Shown here: piece by piece, positions 18,542-29,090 of the stretch
How the letters are laid out: each line of letters begins with the position of its first letter
Numbering within the stretch: the first letter of the stretch is position 1
Source of the DNA: Bacteroidota bacterium
GTDB lineage: Bacteria > Bacteroidota > Ignavibacteria > UBA10030 > SZUA-254
DNA length: 64,000 nucleotides
Assembly: GCA_033854175.1 (NCBI GenBank)
Contig: JAWOKN010000056.1
Coordinates: 3,736 to 67,735, forward strand
Direction of reading: 5' to 3'
Program-made: the position numbers and the translations under genes
Notes under the pieces: model-generated
Seen by the model: the letters and a program-made list of their open reading frames with translations, nothing else
Database searches by the model: none
Told to the model about the DNA's origin: nothing

Positions 18542-19660
18542 TCAGGATAAGAGTTTTGAAACTTCGCACGCATTGACTTCAAACCTCCGGGCGATCTCCC
18601 CGCGGGTACACATCCCCTTGAACGTACAGACGCCCTTTGCGAGGCCGGCATTTTCCTGGAGCGCGCCGTCGACGCCCTTCAGTGTAATAAGCTGAAGGTA
18701 AGGCAGAAGGGCGTTGGTCAATCCATAGGTAGCGGTACGGGCGACATTGGCCGGCATATTCGGGACGCAGTAATGAATCACGTCATGCCAGACATAGGTC
18801 GGGGATTCAAGCGTCGTGGGCCGGCTCGTGGCGCAGCAGCCCCCCTGATCGATCGAAGCATCGATAATAATCGAGCCCGGTTTCATGGAAGCGACCATAT
18901 CCTCGCTGATGACATGTGGTGCCCGTTCGGCCTTAATGAGAATCGCGCCGATGACCACATCGGCAAACTGGAGCGCCTTCCGCAAGTTATACTCATTGGC
19001 AACATAGGTCACGACGCGGTAATTGAACCTGTTCTCGAGAGCGCGGAGCTTATTAATATCCTTATCCAGGACGATGACCTCGGCACCTGTGCCGAGGGCC
19101 ATACGGGCGGCGGCCTGGCCCACGGTACCGGCCCCGATGATGACGACAGTAGCGGGCGGGATACCGGTAATACCGCCCATGACAATACCGCGGCCGTTAT
19201 TATGGCTCTCGAGGAACCGTGCGGCGATATTCAGCGTCATCTGGCCCGCGATTTCGCCCATAATCTGGGAAATCGGGACATTGCCGGATTCATCCTCGAT
19301 GAGTTCATACCCGAAGGCGCAGATCCTTTTCTGGAGAAGCTGTTCGAAGACCCTGGTCGGTGAAACGGCCAGATGGAGAAAGCAAAAGACCGACTGACCG
19401 TCGACAAGTTTCTGGCAATCGTTTTCCGTCAGGGAAGAAATTTTCAGGAGAAGGTTGGAGCGGCCGAACACCTCGTCGTTTGAATAGACGATATGAGCGC
19501 CCACCGCCTGGTATTTCTCATCTGAAAAGTGTGACGCCTCGCCGGCATTCTTCTGGATAAACACCTGGTGGCCGCCGCTGGCAAGCGTCTGGACGCCTGC
19601 CGGAGTCAGAGCCACTCTCCGCTCACGCCGCGGATCTTCACTCAAAATGCCAATGTTCAT
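18542..19660 (-). CDS. ald: alanine dehydrogenase
   Basis: AlaDH/PNT family member with an NAD-binding GAGTVGQAAARMALGTGAEV motif. The likely start is MNIGILSED at 19660. Confidence 0.8.
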   Translation of the reverse strand: MNIGILSEDPRRERRVALTPAGVQTLASGGHQVFIQKNAGEASHFSDEKYQAVGAHIVYSNDEVFGRSNLLLKISSLTENDCQKLVDGQSVFCFLHLAVSPTRVFEQLLQKRICAFGYELIEDESGNVPISQIMGEIAGQMTLNIAARFLESHNNGRGIVMGGITGIPPATVVIIGAGTVGQAAARMALGTGAEVIVLDKDINKLRALENRFNYRVVTYVANEYNLRKALQFADVVIGAILIKAERAPHVISEDMVASMKPGSIIIDASIDQGGCCATSRPTTLESPTYVWHDVIHYCVPNMPANVARTATYGLTNALLPYLQLITLKGVDGALQENAGLAKGVCTFKGMCTRGEIARRFEVNACEVSKLLS

Positions 19661-20060
19661 GATCTTGAACGCCAATAAAATGATGAGTCCCAGTACCAGT
19701 TTGTGGGGCGTCAATTAACATGCCAGTTCTTTGAGGGTTTTAGGCTGGTTACAAATGAAATTTGAGGAAATGCGGGATTCAAGCTTTCAAGAGTGAGAAT
19801 CGCTCCTGACGGGGCTTTCAGCGGTGATAATCAAAAAACGGCATGAATCAGAAAGATCGGATATCACGCCGGAAGGGATGAAAGAAGGGGAAAAATCCGG
19901 ATACTGGACCTTGGGAAAATTTTCCCGGATGGAAACAAAACAGTGTCTTTCATCGTTTAAAAGTAACAAACCGAAGGATGAAATTTTCAACACCGGGTGT
20001 TTGGAAATGCATCAAAAAAAACAGTACATTGAAAAAATTCTGAACCAGGAGATCCACTAC

Positions 20061-20783
20061 ATGCACAGGGCAGACGCACCACGCACCATAGTCACGACAG
20101 CAATTCTCACACTCATCCTCCTCGTAACAGTGCCTGCGGCGGCACAACTGGGGAGTCCATACAGCATCAACATCTTCGCAGGCTTCTCGCTCCCGGTGGG
20201 AGACTATTCATCCACCTCCGCCAGCTCGGCAAATGATTTTCTCAACGCAAGCGGCAACACGCCCGGTTTCGCGCAACTGGGGTTCAACGGGGGGATAGAG
20301 TACACGCTCCGCATCCACTCGCCCTACGAGATAGGGATACTCGGCAGCGTCAGCGTCAACGGAACCGACGAGGGAGCATTGCGGCGGATATCCTCGGATG
20401 TCAGCTCGAACACCAGCGGCGGGACATGGTACCTTTACAGTGCCCTACTGAGCGGCGGTGTAGGGACCGATTTGACGCCCGAATTGGGCATCCACGGGAG
20501 GATCTACGCGGGATTCACGGGAGGAAGCTCGGCGGAATTCAGCTTCTACAATCTCAACGGGAGCGGCGGGTATGTGATCCAGAAATCGACCTGGGCATCC
20601 ACATTCGGATACGGCATAGGGACGGGGATAACATTGAGCAACTCCTGGGACATCAATCTCCGGTATCTGGCCTCGAATCCGGAATACACATCGAACTGGA
20701 CTGACGGGCGGCAGATCACCGACAAAAAATTCACGCAGCCATCCGGCATCCTGACACTCACGCTGGGATTGATTCTGAAATAG
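20061..20783 (+). CDS. outer-membrane beta-barrel protein (OmpA-like barrel / porin family)
   Basis: ATG 20061 has AGGAG upstream. Signal peptide is MHRADAPRTIVTTAILTLILLVTVPAAAQ. The body is Gly/Ser/Tyr-rich with alternating residues. Confidence 0.55.
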   Translation: MHRADAPRTIVTTAILTLILLVTVPAAAQLGSPYSINIFAGFSLPVGDYSSTSASSANDFLNASGNTPGFAQLGFNGGIEYTLRIHSPYEIGILGSVSVNGTDEGALRRISSDVSSNTSGGTWYLYSALLSGGVGTDLTPELGIHGRIYAGFTGGSSAEFSFYNLNGSGGYVIQKSTWASTFGYGIGTGITLSNSWDINLRYLASNPEYTSNWTDGRQITDKKFTQPSGILTLTLGLILK

Positions 20784-20844
20784 AGAGAAGGACACCCACC
20801 GCGTCTGACCTTCCCAAAACGCGGGGAAGGCGCCACACCTCATG

Positions 20845-23826
20845 TCAGGTCTTCCTGGCAGGTTTCAGTATCACGCCGGAATTCTTATGGCCGTTCATCT
20901 TCACCACAAGAGGATCCGGGAACTGCAGGTGCCGTGTAAACTTTTTCTCCTCGACGGCCGGCTGGGCGTGGATCCAATCCCAATCGATAAACCCCTTCCC
21001 GTCGTGCTCATTGACGGTAAAGTAACCGACCATAAAGGCGGTCAGGTTCTGGAAGAAATGCGACCCTTGAGAGGGGGCCACGATAAAATCCTTGAACCCC
21101 GTTTCGACGATCGTCTTCGCGCCGGAGATCTGGTCCCAGGCCACGGGGATGCCGAGCCATGGATCCAGCGTGCCCCATCGGCCCACGCCGATGAGAACAT
21201 ACTGACGGTTCTCCGCGACCAGGTGCGCATTAAACTCCCCCACTTCGCGGGCGACCTCATGGCTCTGCGAGCGGTCGAACCGGCGGATATCCACCACGAC
21301 AAGATCGCGCAAGTCCGCATACGATCCGTTCCCGAGCACCTGCGAGCTATGGCAGATCATCTCCTCCTGGCTGATCTTCTCGAGTGAGAGCTCATCGAAC
21401 TCCCGGCTCACGACGAGCGGGCGGATCTGGAGAATGCCGAACTGTTTCCGCACCTCGGGCGGCAGGGAGAGGTTCACGGCAAACTCCATCTCCACTGCGG
21501 TACCCATGCCGCCGCTCCCCAACGAAAGAAGGAGATCAAGAATTTCCGCAATAGGAAACAATTTATTCTTCAGAACCGGTGCAAACGTCACCAGGCGCAT
21601 CCCGTTACGGGAAATGCCGTCATAGACCGCATCATTCTCCGGCGAATAGGTCGAACCCACCACCGATAGGGTGCCATCGAGCTCCGAAACGCTCAGCGGG
21701 AAGCTCCGGGTGAGGACATCAAACGTCTCGGTCTTGGTATCGAACGAAGCGGACATATCGAGTGCAAAAAACTCGTGTTGGTTATTTGCCAGTGTATCGG
21801 AGATCGAGGAAAGCTGCTGGAGGTGGAGCGGATATTTCGGGCAGAACCTCACCGATGGCCCCCCGTCGACAACCATCTTGCCGAGACCAAGAGCAACCGA
21901 GACGATGCCGTCGGAGGAATTCTGCGGAGGCGAGGGATAAAAATTGTACGACTTTGCGACGCCGGAGATCTCGGGATAAAAACGGTCATGGTGGCGGGCC
22001 CCGATCATCTTCTGGATAATGACGGCCATCTTCTCCTCCTCCAGCCGGTAGGAGGTCGCCCTGATATAGTTCTTCGTCCGCTGGTAGAAGGTCGAGGCAT
22101 AGACGCGCCTGATGGCATCCAGGAGCTCCTCGAGCCTCGCGTGGTCGTTCGGATTGGAGTTCGGGACCATATAGGTCTCATAGACGCCGGCGAACGGCTG
22201 GTACTGGGAATCCTCCAAAAGGCTTGAGGAGCGGACCGCCAGGGGCTCGCGGATCAGGTCGAGGAACGTTTCAAGCTGGTGGCGGATATGCTGGGGGAAA
22301 TAGCCGGCATCGAGGAACTTCTGGGTAATCACCTTATCGTCGGTTTCCGAGAGGGCGATCTCGCGCAAGGAATTTTCGTCGAGAAACTGGTCGAAGACAT
22401 CGGTGCCGAGGACGACGCCTGCGGGGATAAAAATCTCCGTGCCGTCGAACTTCTCCCGCAGGTTGAAATCGTTGATCATCCGGTTAAAGAACCCGAGGCC
22501 GCGGGCCTTCCCGCCTATGGAGCCGCCGCCGATGCGGGCGAAGGAGGCAGCCGGGTCGAACGATTCCCGGTTATAATCGGTGATAAGGCCGCGCTGCTGT
22601 GAAAGCCTGTAGGTATGGAGTGCTGAAATGAGCGCCGACCGGAGTTCGTTCGTGGACGAAAAATCGGACACCTTCCTCGGGCGGAGCTGGTGGGCGAGCC
22701 AGAACTCCGTCCGGGCCTTCAGCCAGTTGGAGAAGTGATTCCGTTCGCCGTGGTAGAGGAGGCTTTCGGCCGGGACGACGAGGAGCTGTTCCTCGAGCGA
22801 CCGGAGGTCGGTGGCCCGGCCGACCTCGGTGCCGTCAGGTTTCCGGAAGACGAAATCGCCGAAGCTGAAATACTGGTTCATGAAATTCTGCACCTGGTGC
22901 AGCAGCAGCGGCGAATCCTTCACAACGAACGACACCCCGAGGTTTTCCGCCTTCCCGGCATTCTTCGCGATCGACGACTGGAGGAGGACCGGCATATCGG
23001 GGGCGATACCTCTTATATCATTTGTAAAATGGATGCCGGCTTCGGCGTCGGGCCTGCCATTGCGGAGGAAATCGACATCGGAGATGACACCGAGGATATG
23101 TTCCCGGTAGCGTTCGAAATACTCCCAGGCCTCCTCATAGCTCGTGCAGAGGAGAATTTTCGGGCGGGCCTTCATCCGGAGGTACCGGTGGGCGATATTG
23201 ACCCCCTCGGAGATAAGCCGCTGGGACTGTTTCAGAATCTCCGAATACATGAACGGAAGAAAGGAGGAATAAAACCGGATGTTGTCCTCGATGAGAAGGA
23301 TCGACTGGACGCCGAAGGTCATCGTGTCGTGTTCGACATTCTTCTTATCCTCGATCTGGTTGACCATGGCGATAATGAGGCGATAATCCCCCTGCCAGAT
23401 GAAGATGCGGTCAAAATCGGACGTATCGTGGCGGGAGATCAGGTCGGCGAGTTCGCGGTTATCGAACGCCAGAAGGACAATGGGTGTCGTAACGCCGCTT
23501 CGCCGGGCCTGCCGGGCGAATTCCAAGGGATGCATATCCTCGATATGCATCGTAGTCACGATCATGTCGAAGCGCCGCTCTTCTGTAACGAGGTCGATGG
23601 CGCCTTTTCCGCTCGAGACGCGCGTGAGTTCGGGTGAATGGGAGAGGTTGAGCCCCTGGTATTCGCTCCGGATCAGTTCATAAAGCCGTCCGTCCTCCTC
23701 GAAGATATACGAATCATAGAGGCTGGAGACGACAAGGATATCGCGGATCCGGAACTTCATGAGATTCTGAAATCCCTGGAAGCGGGTACTATCGGCCACT
23801 TCTAACGGGGGTTCATTATGCGGCAT
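20845..23826 (-). CDS. response-regulator receiver domains fused to a PEP-synthase/PPDK N-terminal ATP-binding domain (PPDK_N); no phosphohistidine or PEP-utilising domains
   Basis: There are two REC-like domains. The first lacks the acceptor Asp (FDMIVTTMH). The second reads ILGVISDVDF. A PPDK_N-like region follows (GGSIGGKARGLGFF...VRSSSLLEDSQYQPFAGVYETYM). No GGxTSHAAI motif is present. Confidence 0.7.
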   Translation of the reverse strand: MPHNEPPLEVADSTRFQGFQNLMKFRIRDILVVSSLYDSYIFEEDGRLYELIRSEYQGLNLSHSPELTRVSSGKGAIDLVTEERRFDMIVTTMHIEDMHPLEFARQARRSGVTTPIVLLAFDNRELADLISRHDTSDFDRIFIWQGDYRLIIAMVNQIEDKKNVEHDTMTFGVQSILLIEDNIRFYSSFLPFMYSEILKQSQRLISEGVNIAHRYLRMKARPKILLCTSYEEAWEYFERYREHILGVISDVDFLRNGRPDAEAGIHFTNDIRGIAPDMPVLLQSSIAKNAGKAENLGVSFVVKDSPLLLHQVQNFMNQYFSFGDFVFRKPDGTEVGRATDLRSLEEQLLVVPAESLLYHGERNHFSNWLKARTEFWLAHQLRPRKVSDFSSTNELRSALISALHTYRLSQQRGLITDYNRESFDPAASFARIGGGSIGGKARGLGFFNRMINDFNLREKFDGTEIFIPAGVVLGTDVFDQFLDENSLREIALSETDDKVITQKFLDAGYFPQHIRHQLETFLDLIREPLAVRSSSLLEDSQYQPFAGVYETYMVPNSNPNDHARLEELLDAIRRVYASTFYQRTKNYIRATSYRLEEEKMAVIIQKMIGARHHDRFYPEISGVAKSYNFYPSPPQNSSDGIVSVALGLGKMVVDGGPSVRFCPKYPLHLQQLSSISDTLANNQHEFFALDMSASFDTKTETFDVLTRSFPLSVSELDGTLSVVGSTYSPENDAVYDGISRNGMRLVTFAPVLKNKLFPIAEILDLLLSLGSGGMGTAVEMEFAVNLSLPPEVRKQFGILQIRPLVVSREFDELSLEKISQEEMICHSSQVLGNGSYADLRDLVVVDIRRFDRSQSHEVAREVGEFNAHLVAENRQYVLIGVGRWGTLDPWLGIPVAWDQISGAKTIVETGFKDFIVAPSQGSHFFQNLTAFMVGYFTVNEHDGKGFIDWDWIHAQPAVEEKKFTRHLQFPDPLVVKMNGHKNSGVILKPARKT

Positions 23827-23932
23827 TGCAGAAACAGAGCATATTCAGACACGTGTGAATCAGGATTGATTCAATATACACGTTCGGCGGTAATAATTCC
23901 ATTAAGAAGGGGAGTACATAAAGCCGGGGCAG

Positions 23933-23972
23933 CGAGAAAAAAAATCGGAGCAACGTGTGAAACGTCACTCCG
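23933..23972 (-). terminator. rho-independent terminator after gdhA
   Basis: Minus strand reads CGGAGTGACG-tttcaca-CGTTGCTCCG (10-bp stem with two G.U pairs) followed by ATTTTTTTTC. Confidence 0.6.
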
Positions 23973-24002
23973 ACTTTTAAACAGCTTCAGGGAACAGCGC
24001 GG

Positions 24003-25370
24003 CTAGACCAGGCCCTGATCCATCATAGCATCAGCGACCTTCAGGAAGCCGGCGATATTGGCACCGTTCACATAATTGCCCGGTGTGCCAAAGCGTTCGG
24101 CCGTCTCAAAGGCAGCCTTATGGATACTCTTCATGATGCCATGGAGGCGCTGATCGACCTCTTCGCGCGTCCAGGACAGGCGCATGCTGTTCTGGGACAT
24201 CTCCAGGCCGGATGTGGCAACACCGCCCGCATTGGCGGCCTTGCCCGGACCATAGAGGATCTTGGCATCGATGAACTGCTTCACGCCCTCGATCGTCGTC
24301 GGCATATTCGCGCCTTCGGCGACCACATAAACGCCGTTCTTCAGAAGATTCGCGGCATCCTTGCCGTTGATCTCATTCTGCGTGGCGCTGGGGAACGCGC
24401 AATCAGCCTTATGATTCCAGAGCGGGTTGTAATCGAGCTTCGGATCGACCGGAGTATAGGTGGAGCCTTTAAAGGCGTCGGTATATTCCTTGATCCTGCC
24501 GCGGCGAACATTCTTCAGGTCCATGATGAACTTCAGCTTCTTATCGTCGATACCTGCTTCATCGTAGATATAGCCTGCCGAATCCGACGCCGTGACGGCT
24601 TTTCCGCCGAGCTGGTTGATCTTCTGGATCGTATACTGCGCGACATTGCCGCTTCCGGAGACGAGGCATTTTTTACCCTGGAGGGTCTGCTTGCGCGTGG
24701 TGAGCATTTCCGCCGCGAAGTAGACCGCGCCGTAGCCCGTGGCCTCTGGCCGTATGAGGGAGCCGCCCCAGTTGAGGCCCTTGCCCGTAAGGACGCCGGT
24801 GAACTCGTTGCGGAGGCGTTTATACTGGCCGAACAGAAAACCTATCTCGCGGCCGCCGACGCCGATATCGCCTGCCGGAACATCGGTATCAGGGCCGATA
24901 TGGCGCTGCAGCTCGGTCATAAAGCTCTGGCAGAACCGCATGACCTCGGCATCGCTCTTGCCCTTGGGATCAAAATCGGAACCGCCCTTGCCGCCGCCCA
25001 TGGGAAGGGTGGTCAGGGAGTTTTTGAAAACCTGTTCGAACGCCAGAAACTTCAGGATGCCGAGATTCACCGATGGATGGAACCGCAGGCCGCCCTTATA
25101 CGGGCCGAGGGCGCTATTCATCTCGATACGGAAACCGCGGTTGACCTGGATCTCACCGCGATCATCCGACCAGGGAATGCGGAACATCAGAACGCGTTCC
25201 GGTTCGACGATACGTTCCATAATTTTCGCCGAACGATATTCCGGATACCGGTCGAAGACAAGCGACAACGACTCGACGACCTCCTCGACTGCCTGGAGGA
25301 ATTCCGGCTCGTTGGGATTTTTTGCTTTAACCATTGCCATGAGGTTCGCTGCATAACCTGACATGAACAT
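24003..25370 (-). CDS. gdhA: NADP-specific glutamate dehydrogenase
   Basis: Classic GdhA N-terminus with motifs spread through the sequence (GGGKGGSDFDPKGKSD, GKAANAGGVA). Length 455 aa. Confidence 0.9.
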   Translation of the reverse strand: MFMSGYAANLMAMVKAKNPNEPEFLQAVEEVVESLSLVFDRYPEYRSAKIMERIVEPERVLMFRIPWSDDRGEIQVNRGFRIEMNSALGPYKGGLRFHPSVNLGILKFLAFEQVFKNSLTTLPMGGGKGGSDFDPKGKSDAEVMRFCQSFMTELQRHIGPDTDVPAGDIGVGGREIGFLFGQYKRLRNEFTGVLTGKGLNWGGSLIRPEATGYGAVYFAAEMLTTRKQTLQGKKCLVSGSGNVAQYTIQKINQLGGKAVTASDSAGYIYDEAGIDDKKLKFIMDLKNVRRGRIKEYTDAFKGSTYTPVDPKLDYNPLWNHKADCAFPSATQNEINGKDAANLLKNGVYVVAEGANMPTTIEGVKQFIDAKILYGPGKAANAGGVATSGLEMSQNSMRLSWTREEVDQRLHGIMKSIHKAAFETAERFGTPGNYVNGANIAGFLKVADAMMDQGLV

Positions 25371-25764
25371 AAACTTTCTCCTCTGTTGATGGTGAATTAA
25401 CTCTGTAATTTATTGCCGATGACAAACCCCCGACCAGAAAAACCGGAAAGACCTGATGAACTCCGGAACACACTTTCTCAACGGCAAGGTACAACCGATG
25501 ACGCGCAAATTCGATTCAACTTTTATGCCATGGGCCCCTTTGGAGGACTGATTTTAAACTTTACTTCCATGATACGGAATTTCCCCCACTCTCGAAAATG
25601 AGAAATCGGGGAAAGGCTCTTCTTATCTCTGAGAATGAAGATCAGGTGTAAATCCAACTATTGATGTATGTTATGTCAATGCCGGGCGACGGATACCCGC
25701 TACCCACTTCCCGGCGGGAAGACCGCTGAGAAGTCACCGGGAGCGTCAGAAGATCCGCGGTCAT

Positions 25765-25794
25765 TTGACACTGGCATGATTTTAGACGTTTAAT
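25765..25794 (+). promoter_or_regulatory. sigma-70-type promoter candidate for osmC (TTGACA-N18-TTTAAT)
   Basis: The -35 TTGACA and -10 TTTAAT elements lie about 25 nt upstream of ATG 25819. Confidence 0.4.
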
Positions 25795-25818
25795 CCCGGA
25801 AACCGAAAAGGACCAGAC

Positions 25819-26253
25819 ATGGAAACGAAACAGGCAACCATTGTCCAGCTTCAGGGACTCACGCTGGCTGCGCGGGCAACGACAAATCACTGGATCATGA
25901 TGGACGGGGAGGAAAAGTTCGGTGGGAGCGACGCGGCCTCGACGCCCAAGGAACTGCTTTTGATGGCGCTCGGGGGATGCACGGCGATGGACGTCATATC
26001 GCTCATGAAAAAGATGCATGTCCCCTATACGGGATTCGAAATCCACCTGAGCGGCACGGCACGAGACGAACACCCGAAAATCTTCACCGGGATCCAAGTC
26101 GAATACATCGTCCGCGGGGAGAACATCCGGAAAGACGATGTCGGGCGGGCAATAGAGTTATCCATGACAAAATACTGCGCCGTTTCGGCCATGCTCGGTG
26201 CAAGCGTCAAGATCACGCATACATTGCGGATCGAACCCTCCAAGGAGCGGTAA
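25819..26253 (+). CDS. OsmC/Ohr family peroxiredoxin-like protein
   Basis: LLMALGGCTAMDV...KYCAVSAML OsmC motifs with two conserved Cys. A paralog lies at 47453. Confidence 0.8.
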   Translation: METKQATIVQLQGLTLAARATTNHWIMMDGEEKFGGSDAASTPKELLLMALGGCTAMDVISLMKKMHVPYTGFEIHLSGTARDEHPKIFTGIQVEYIVRGENIRKDDVGRAIELSMTKYCAVSAMLGASVKITHTLRIEPSKER

Positions 26254-26375
26254 CATCCCTGGTGCAACTCTCCCGGGAAATTAGTATCTTCACCCCCGGA
26301 CTCGGGTGCTCCCCCCCGGGGTGGGGGGGCACAGGTGTACACTCGTGGTATAAATAATACCGGAGTCAAAAGTAC

Positions 26376-27713
26376 ATGAACAACGCACTGACCATTGACC
26401 GTCTGCAGTTCGCCTTCACGGTCTCCTTCCACTATCTCTTCCCGCAGCTGACGATGGGGCTGGCGCTTTTCATCGTGATCCTGAAGTGGCTCGGTTTCAG
26501 GAACAACGACGAAACCTACGACAAGGCGGCAAGGTTCTGGGGGAAGATCTTCGCATTGAATTTCTTCGCCGGTGTCATCACCGGCATACCGATGGAATTC
26601 CAGTTCGGGACCAACTGGGCGCGGTTCTCGAAAATCACCGGCGGCGTGATCGGGCAGACGCTGGCGATGGAGGGGGTATTCTCCTTTTTCCTCGAATCGA
26701 GTTTCCTCGGGCTCTTCCTTTTCGGCGAGAAGAGGCTCGGACCAAGGAAGCACTTCCTCTCGGCGCTTCTCGTCTTCATCGGCTCGTGGTTATCGGGGTA
26801 CATGATCGTGCAGACAGACGCCTGGATGCAGCACCCCGTGGGGTACGAACTCACGGCTGACGGCACCATTCAGCTCACCGACTGGTTTGCCTTGCTCTTC
26901 AACCCGTGGGGATTGTGGCAGTACGCGCACACAATGGCCGGGGCGGTCGTGACTGCCTCGTTCGTGATGATGGCGGTGGGGGCTTATTACCTCTTATCGG
27001 AGAGGGAGAGCGGGCATGCCAGAATCTACCTGCGACACGGCGTCGTGGTGGGGATCGTGGCGTCGGTCATCCTCATTTTTCCGACGGGGGACCAGCAGGG
27101 GAAAAACGTGGCCTACAACCAGCCCGCGACTCTTGCCGCGATGGAATGCGTGTTCAAGTCGAAGGAGGGGGCGGAGCTGATCCTCATCGGGCAGCCCGAC
27201 ATGGAAAAGGAGCGGATGGACAACCCGCTGCACATACCGAAGATGCTCAGCTTCCTCACCTACAACAGGTGGAACGCACGCGTGGTGGGGCTGGACGAGA
27301 TACCGGCGGAGTTACGGCCCGACAACATACCGCTTCTCTATTACACCTATCACATCATGGTGGGGCTGGGGACAATCTTCGTGGCCATACTGGTAACGAG
27401 CATCCTTCTCTTATGGAAGAAAAAACTCTTCACCTCGCGATGGATGCAATGGATACTCCTCTTGAGCTTCCCGTTCCCCTACATTGCCAACACGGCGGGC
27501 TGGATGACGGCTGAACTGGGGCGGCAGCCGTGGCTGGTCTACAATCTCCTCAGGACGGCGGAAGGGACATCGCCGACCGTGGCGGCGGGGAACGCGCTCT
27601 TCACGCTCCTCGGGTTTCTGGGGATGTACCTTGTCGTGGGGGTCGTCTTCATCATGCTGGTCGTCAACATCATCAACGGGGGACCGGAAAAAGTGTCCCG
27701 GGCCGGATACTGA
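26376..27713 (+). CDS. cydA: cytochrome bd ubiquinol oxidase subunit I
   Basis: MNNALTIDRLQFAFTVSFHYLFPQLTMGLALF... is a typical CydA start. Multi-TM. Confidence 0.9.
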   Translation: MNNALTIDRLQFAFTVSFHYLFPQLTMGLALFIVILKWLGFRNNDETYDKAARFWGKIFALNFFAGVITGIPMEFQFGTNWARFSKITGGVIGQTLAMEGVFSFFLESSFLGLFLFGEKRLGPRKHFLSALLVFIGSWLSGYMIVQTDAWMQHPVGYELTADGTIQLTDWFALLFNPWGLWQYAHTMAGAVVTASFVMMAVGAYYLLSERESGHARIYLRHGVVVGIVASVILIFPTGDQQGKNVAYNQPATLAAMECVFKSKEGAELILIGQPDMEKERMDNPLHIPKMLSFLTYNRWNARVVGLDEIPAELRPDNIPLLYYTYHIMVGLGTIFVAILVTSILLLWKKKLFTSRWMQWILLLSFPFPYIANTAGWMTAELGRQPWLVYNLLRTAEGTSPTVAAGNALFTLLGFLGMYLVVGVVFIMLVVNIINGGPEKVSRAGY

Positions 27714-27732
27714 TCTTTCAAAGGAACTAGCC

Positions 27733-28767
27733 ATGGAAGCACTCTGGTTCTGGATCATCGCCCTGATGATCGTCGTCTACGTGATCCTGGACGGGTTCGA
27801 TCTCGGGATAGGGGTCATATACTTCCTGATAACCAAAAACGACAGCGAGCGGTCGCTGTTATTGAAGACCATCGCGCACGTATGGGACGGAAACGAAGTC
27901 TGGCTTCTGGCCGGGGGCGGCGTATTATTCCTGGCATTCCCGGCGGTCTATGCGGCATCGTTCAGCGGATTCTACCTCCCCCTGATGATCGTCCTATGGC
28001 TTCTGATGCTGCGCGGCGGAGGAATCGAACTCCGGCATTACGTCCATCATCCGCTCTGGAGAAAATTCTGGGACAGAACATTTTCCGTCTCGAGCCTTCT
28101 TCTGGCGATATTTCTGGGCGCCGCACTGGGTAATGTCGTACGGGGAGTCCCGCTGACACGTGAGGGATACTTCTTCGAGCCGCTCTGGACGACCTTCACG
28201 GTTGTGCCGGAGGCGGGGATACTCGACTGGTTCACGGTCATGATGGGACTGGTGGCGCTGGCGACGCTGACACTGCACGGGGCCGTCTATGTCAGCATGA
28301 AAACGACGGGAGAAATCCAGGCACGGGCGCGGACAATCGGACAGTGGGTCTGGTGGATTGCGTTATTCATGTCCGTCGACATGTTCATCGCGACCTGGAC
28401 CATTCACCCGGATCTCTGGGCGAACTACGCCGAGCATGCGGGGGGATTCATCCTCCCGGTGGGCGGGGTGGCGGGGATACTCGCGACCTATATCGCCATC
28501 GTGCGGAAAAAGGACACGGCTGCATTTTGTTTCTCGACGCTCTACATCATTTCCATGCTGGCGGCGACGGCATTTGCGGTCTATCCGAACCTGTTATTGG
28601 CATCCACGCAGAAGGAATACTCGCTCACGATCTACAACTCGGCCGCCCGGAGTTACGGACTGGGGGCAGCGCTCTACTGGTGGATACCGGGAATTCTGCT
28701 CGCCGCGCTCTACTTCACATATCTTTTCAGGACATTCCGGGGGAAGGTACAACCCTCGGAGGAATAA
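27733..28767 (+). CDS. cydB: cytochrome bd ubiquinol oxidase subunit II
   Basis: ATG 27733 (MEALWFWIIALMIVVYVILDGFDLGIG) has AAGGAA upstream and lies 20 nt after the cydA stop. Confidence 0.9.
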   Translation: MEALWFWIIALMIVVYVILDGFDLGIGVIYFLITKNDSERSLLLKTIAHVWDGNEVWLLAGGGVLFLAFPAVYAASFSGFYLPLMIVLWLLMLRGGGIELRHYVHHPLWRKFWDRTFSVSSLLLAIFLGAALGNVVRGVPLTREGYFFEPLWTTFTVVPEAGILDWFTVMMGLVALATLTLHGAVYVSMKTTGEIQARARTIGQWVWWIALFMSVDMFIATWTIHPDLWANYAEHAGGFILPVGGVAGILATYIAIVRKKDTAAFCFSTLYIISMLAATAFAVYPNLLLASTQKEYSLTIYNSAARSYGLGAALYWWIPGILLAALYFTYLFRTFRGKVQPSEE

Positions 28768-29090
28768 TCCCGGGAGAACAGGCATCAACATCCGGTGGCC
28801 GGCATGCCGGTGGGTGGTGCTTCTTACAAATGAGATTAAAAAATTCCCCTCTTTTCAGGCGTGATAGCTTCCCCGTGTAAATCAAAAAAAAGCGGGACAA
28901 TTTCCATGAATCAGACGACTGAAGGGTGGAATAGTTCTTGCAGATATCGTGGAATTGCGACACTGGCATCCGAGTGGGAACTTCAAAGAAGAAGCACCAT
29001 TCCCGCTCATCGTGGTTACGGATTGAAAACGAACAGATCCGCAGAAGCATAACAGACAGGCACCAAGATACAACAGTGAAGGAACATCGT

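Noticed and set aside
25772-25787. TGGCAT-GATTT-TAGAC resembling a sigma-54 -24 element upstream of osmC
   Set aside because: No TTGC is present at -12. The surrounding sequence is better explained as a sigma-70 promoter, TTGACA-N18-TTTAAT.
26306-26332. GC-rich imperfect hairpin GTGCTCCCCCCC-GGGG-TGGGGGGGCAC between osmC and cydA
   Set aside because: It could be a terminator or attenuator, but there is no U-tract and the stem has mismatches. The homopolymer C/G runs may also be assembly-prone. I do not call it a feature.
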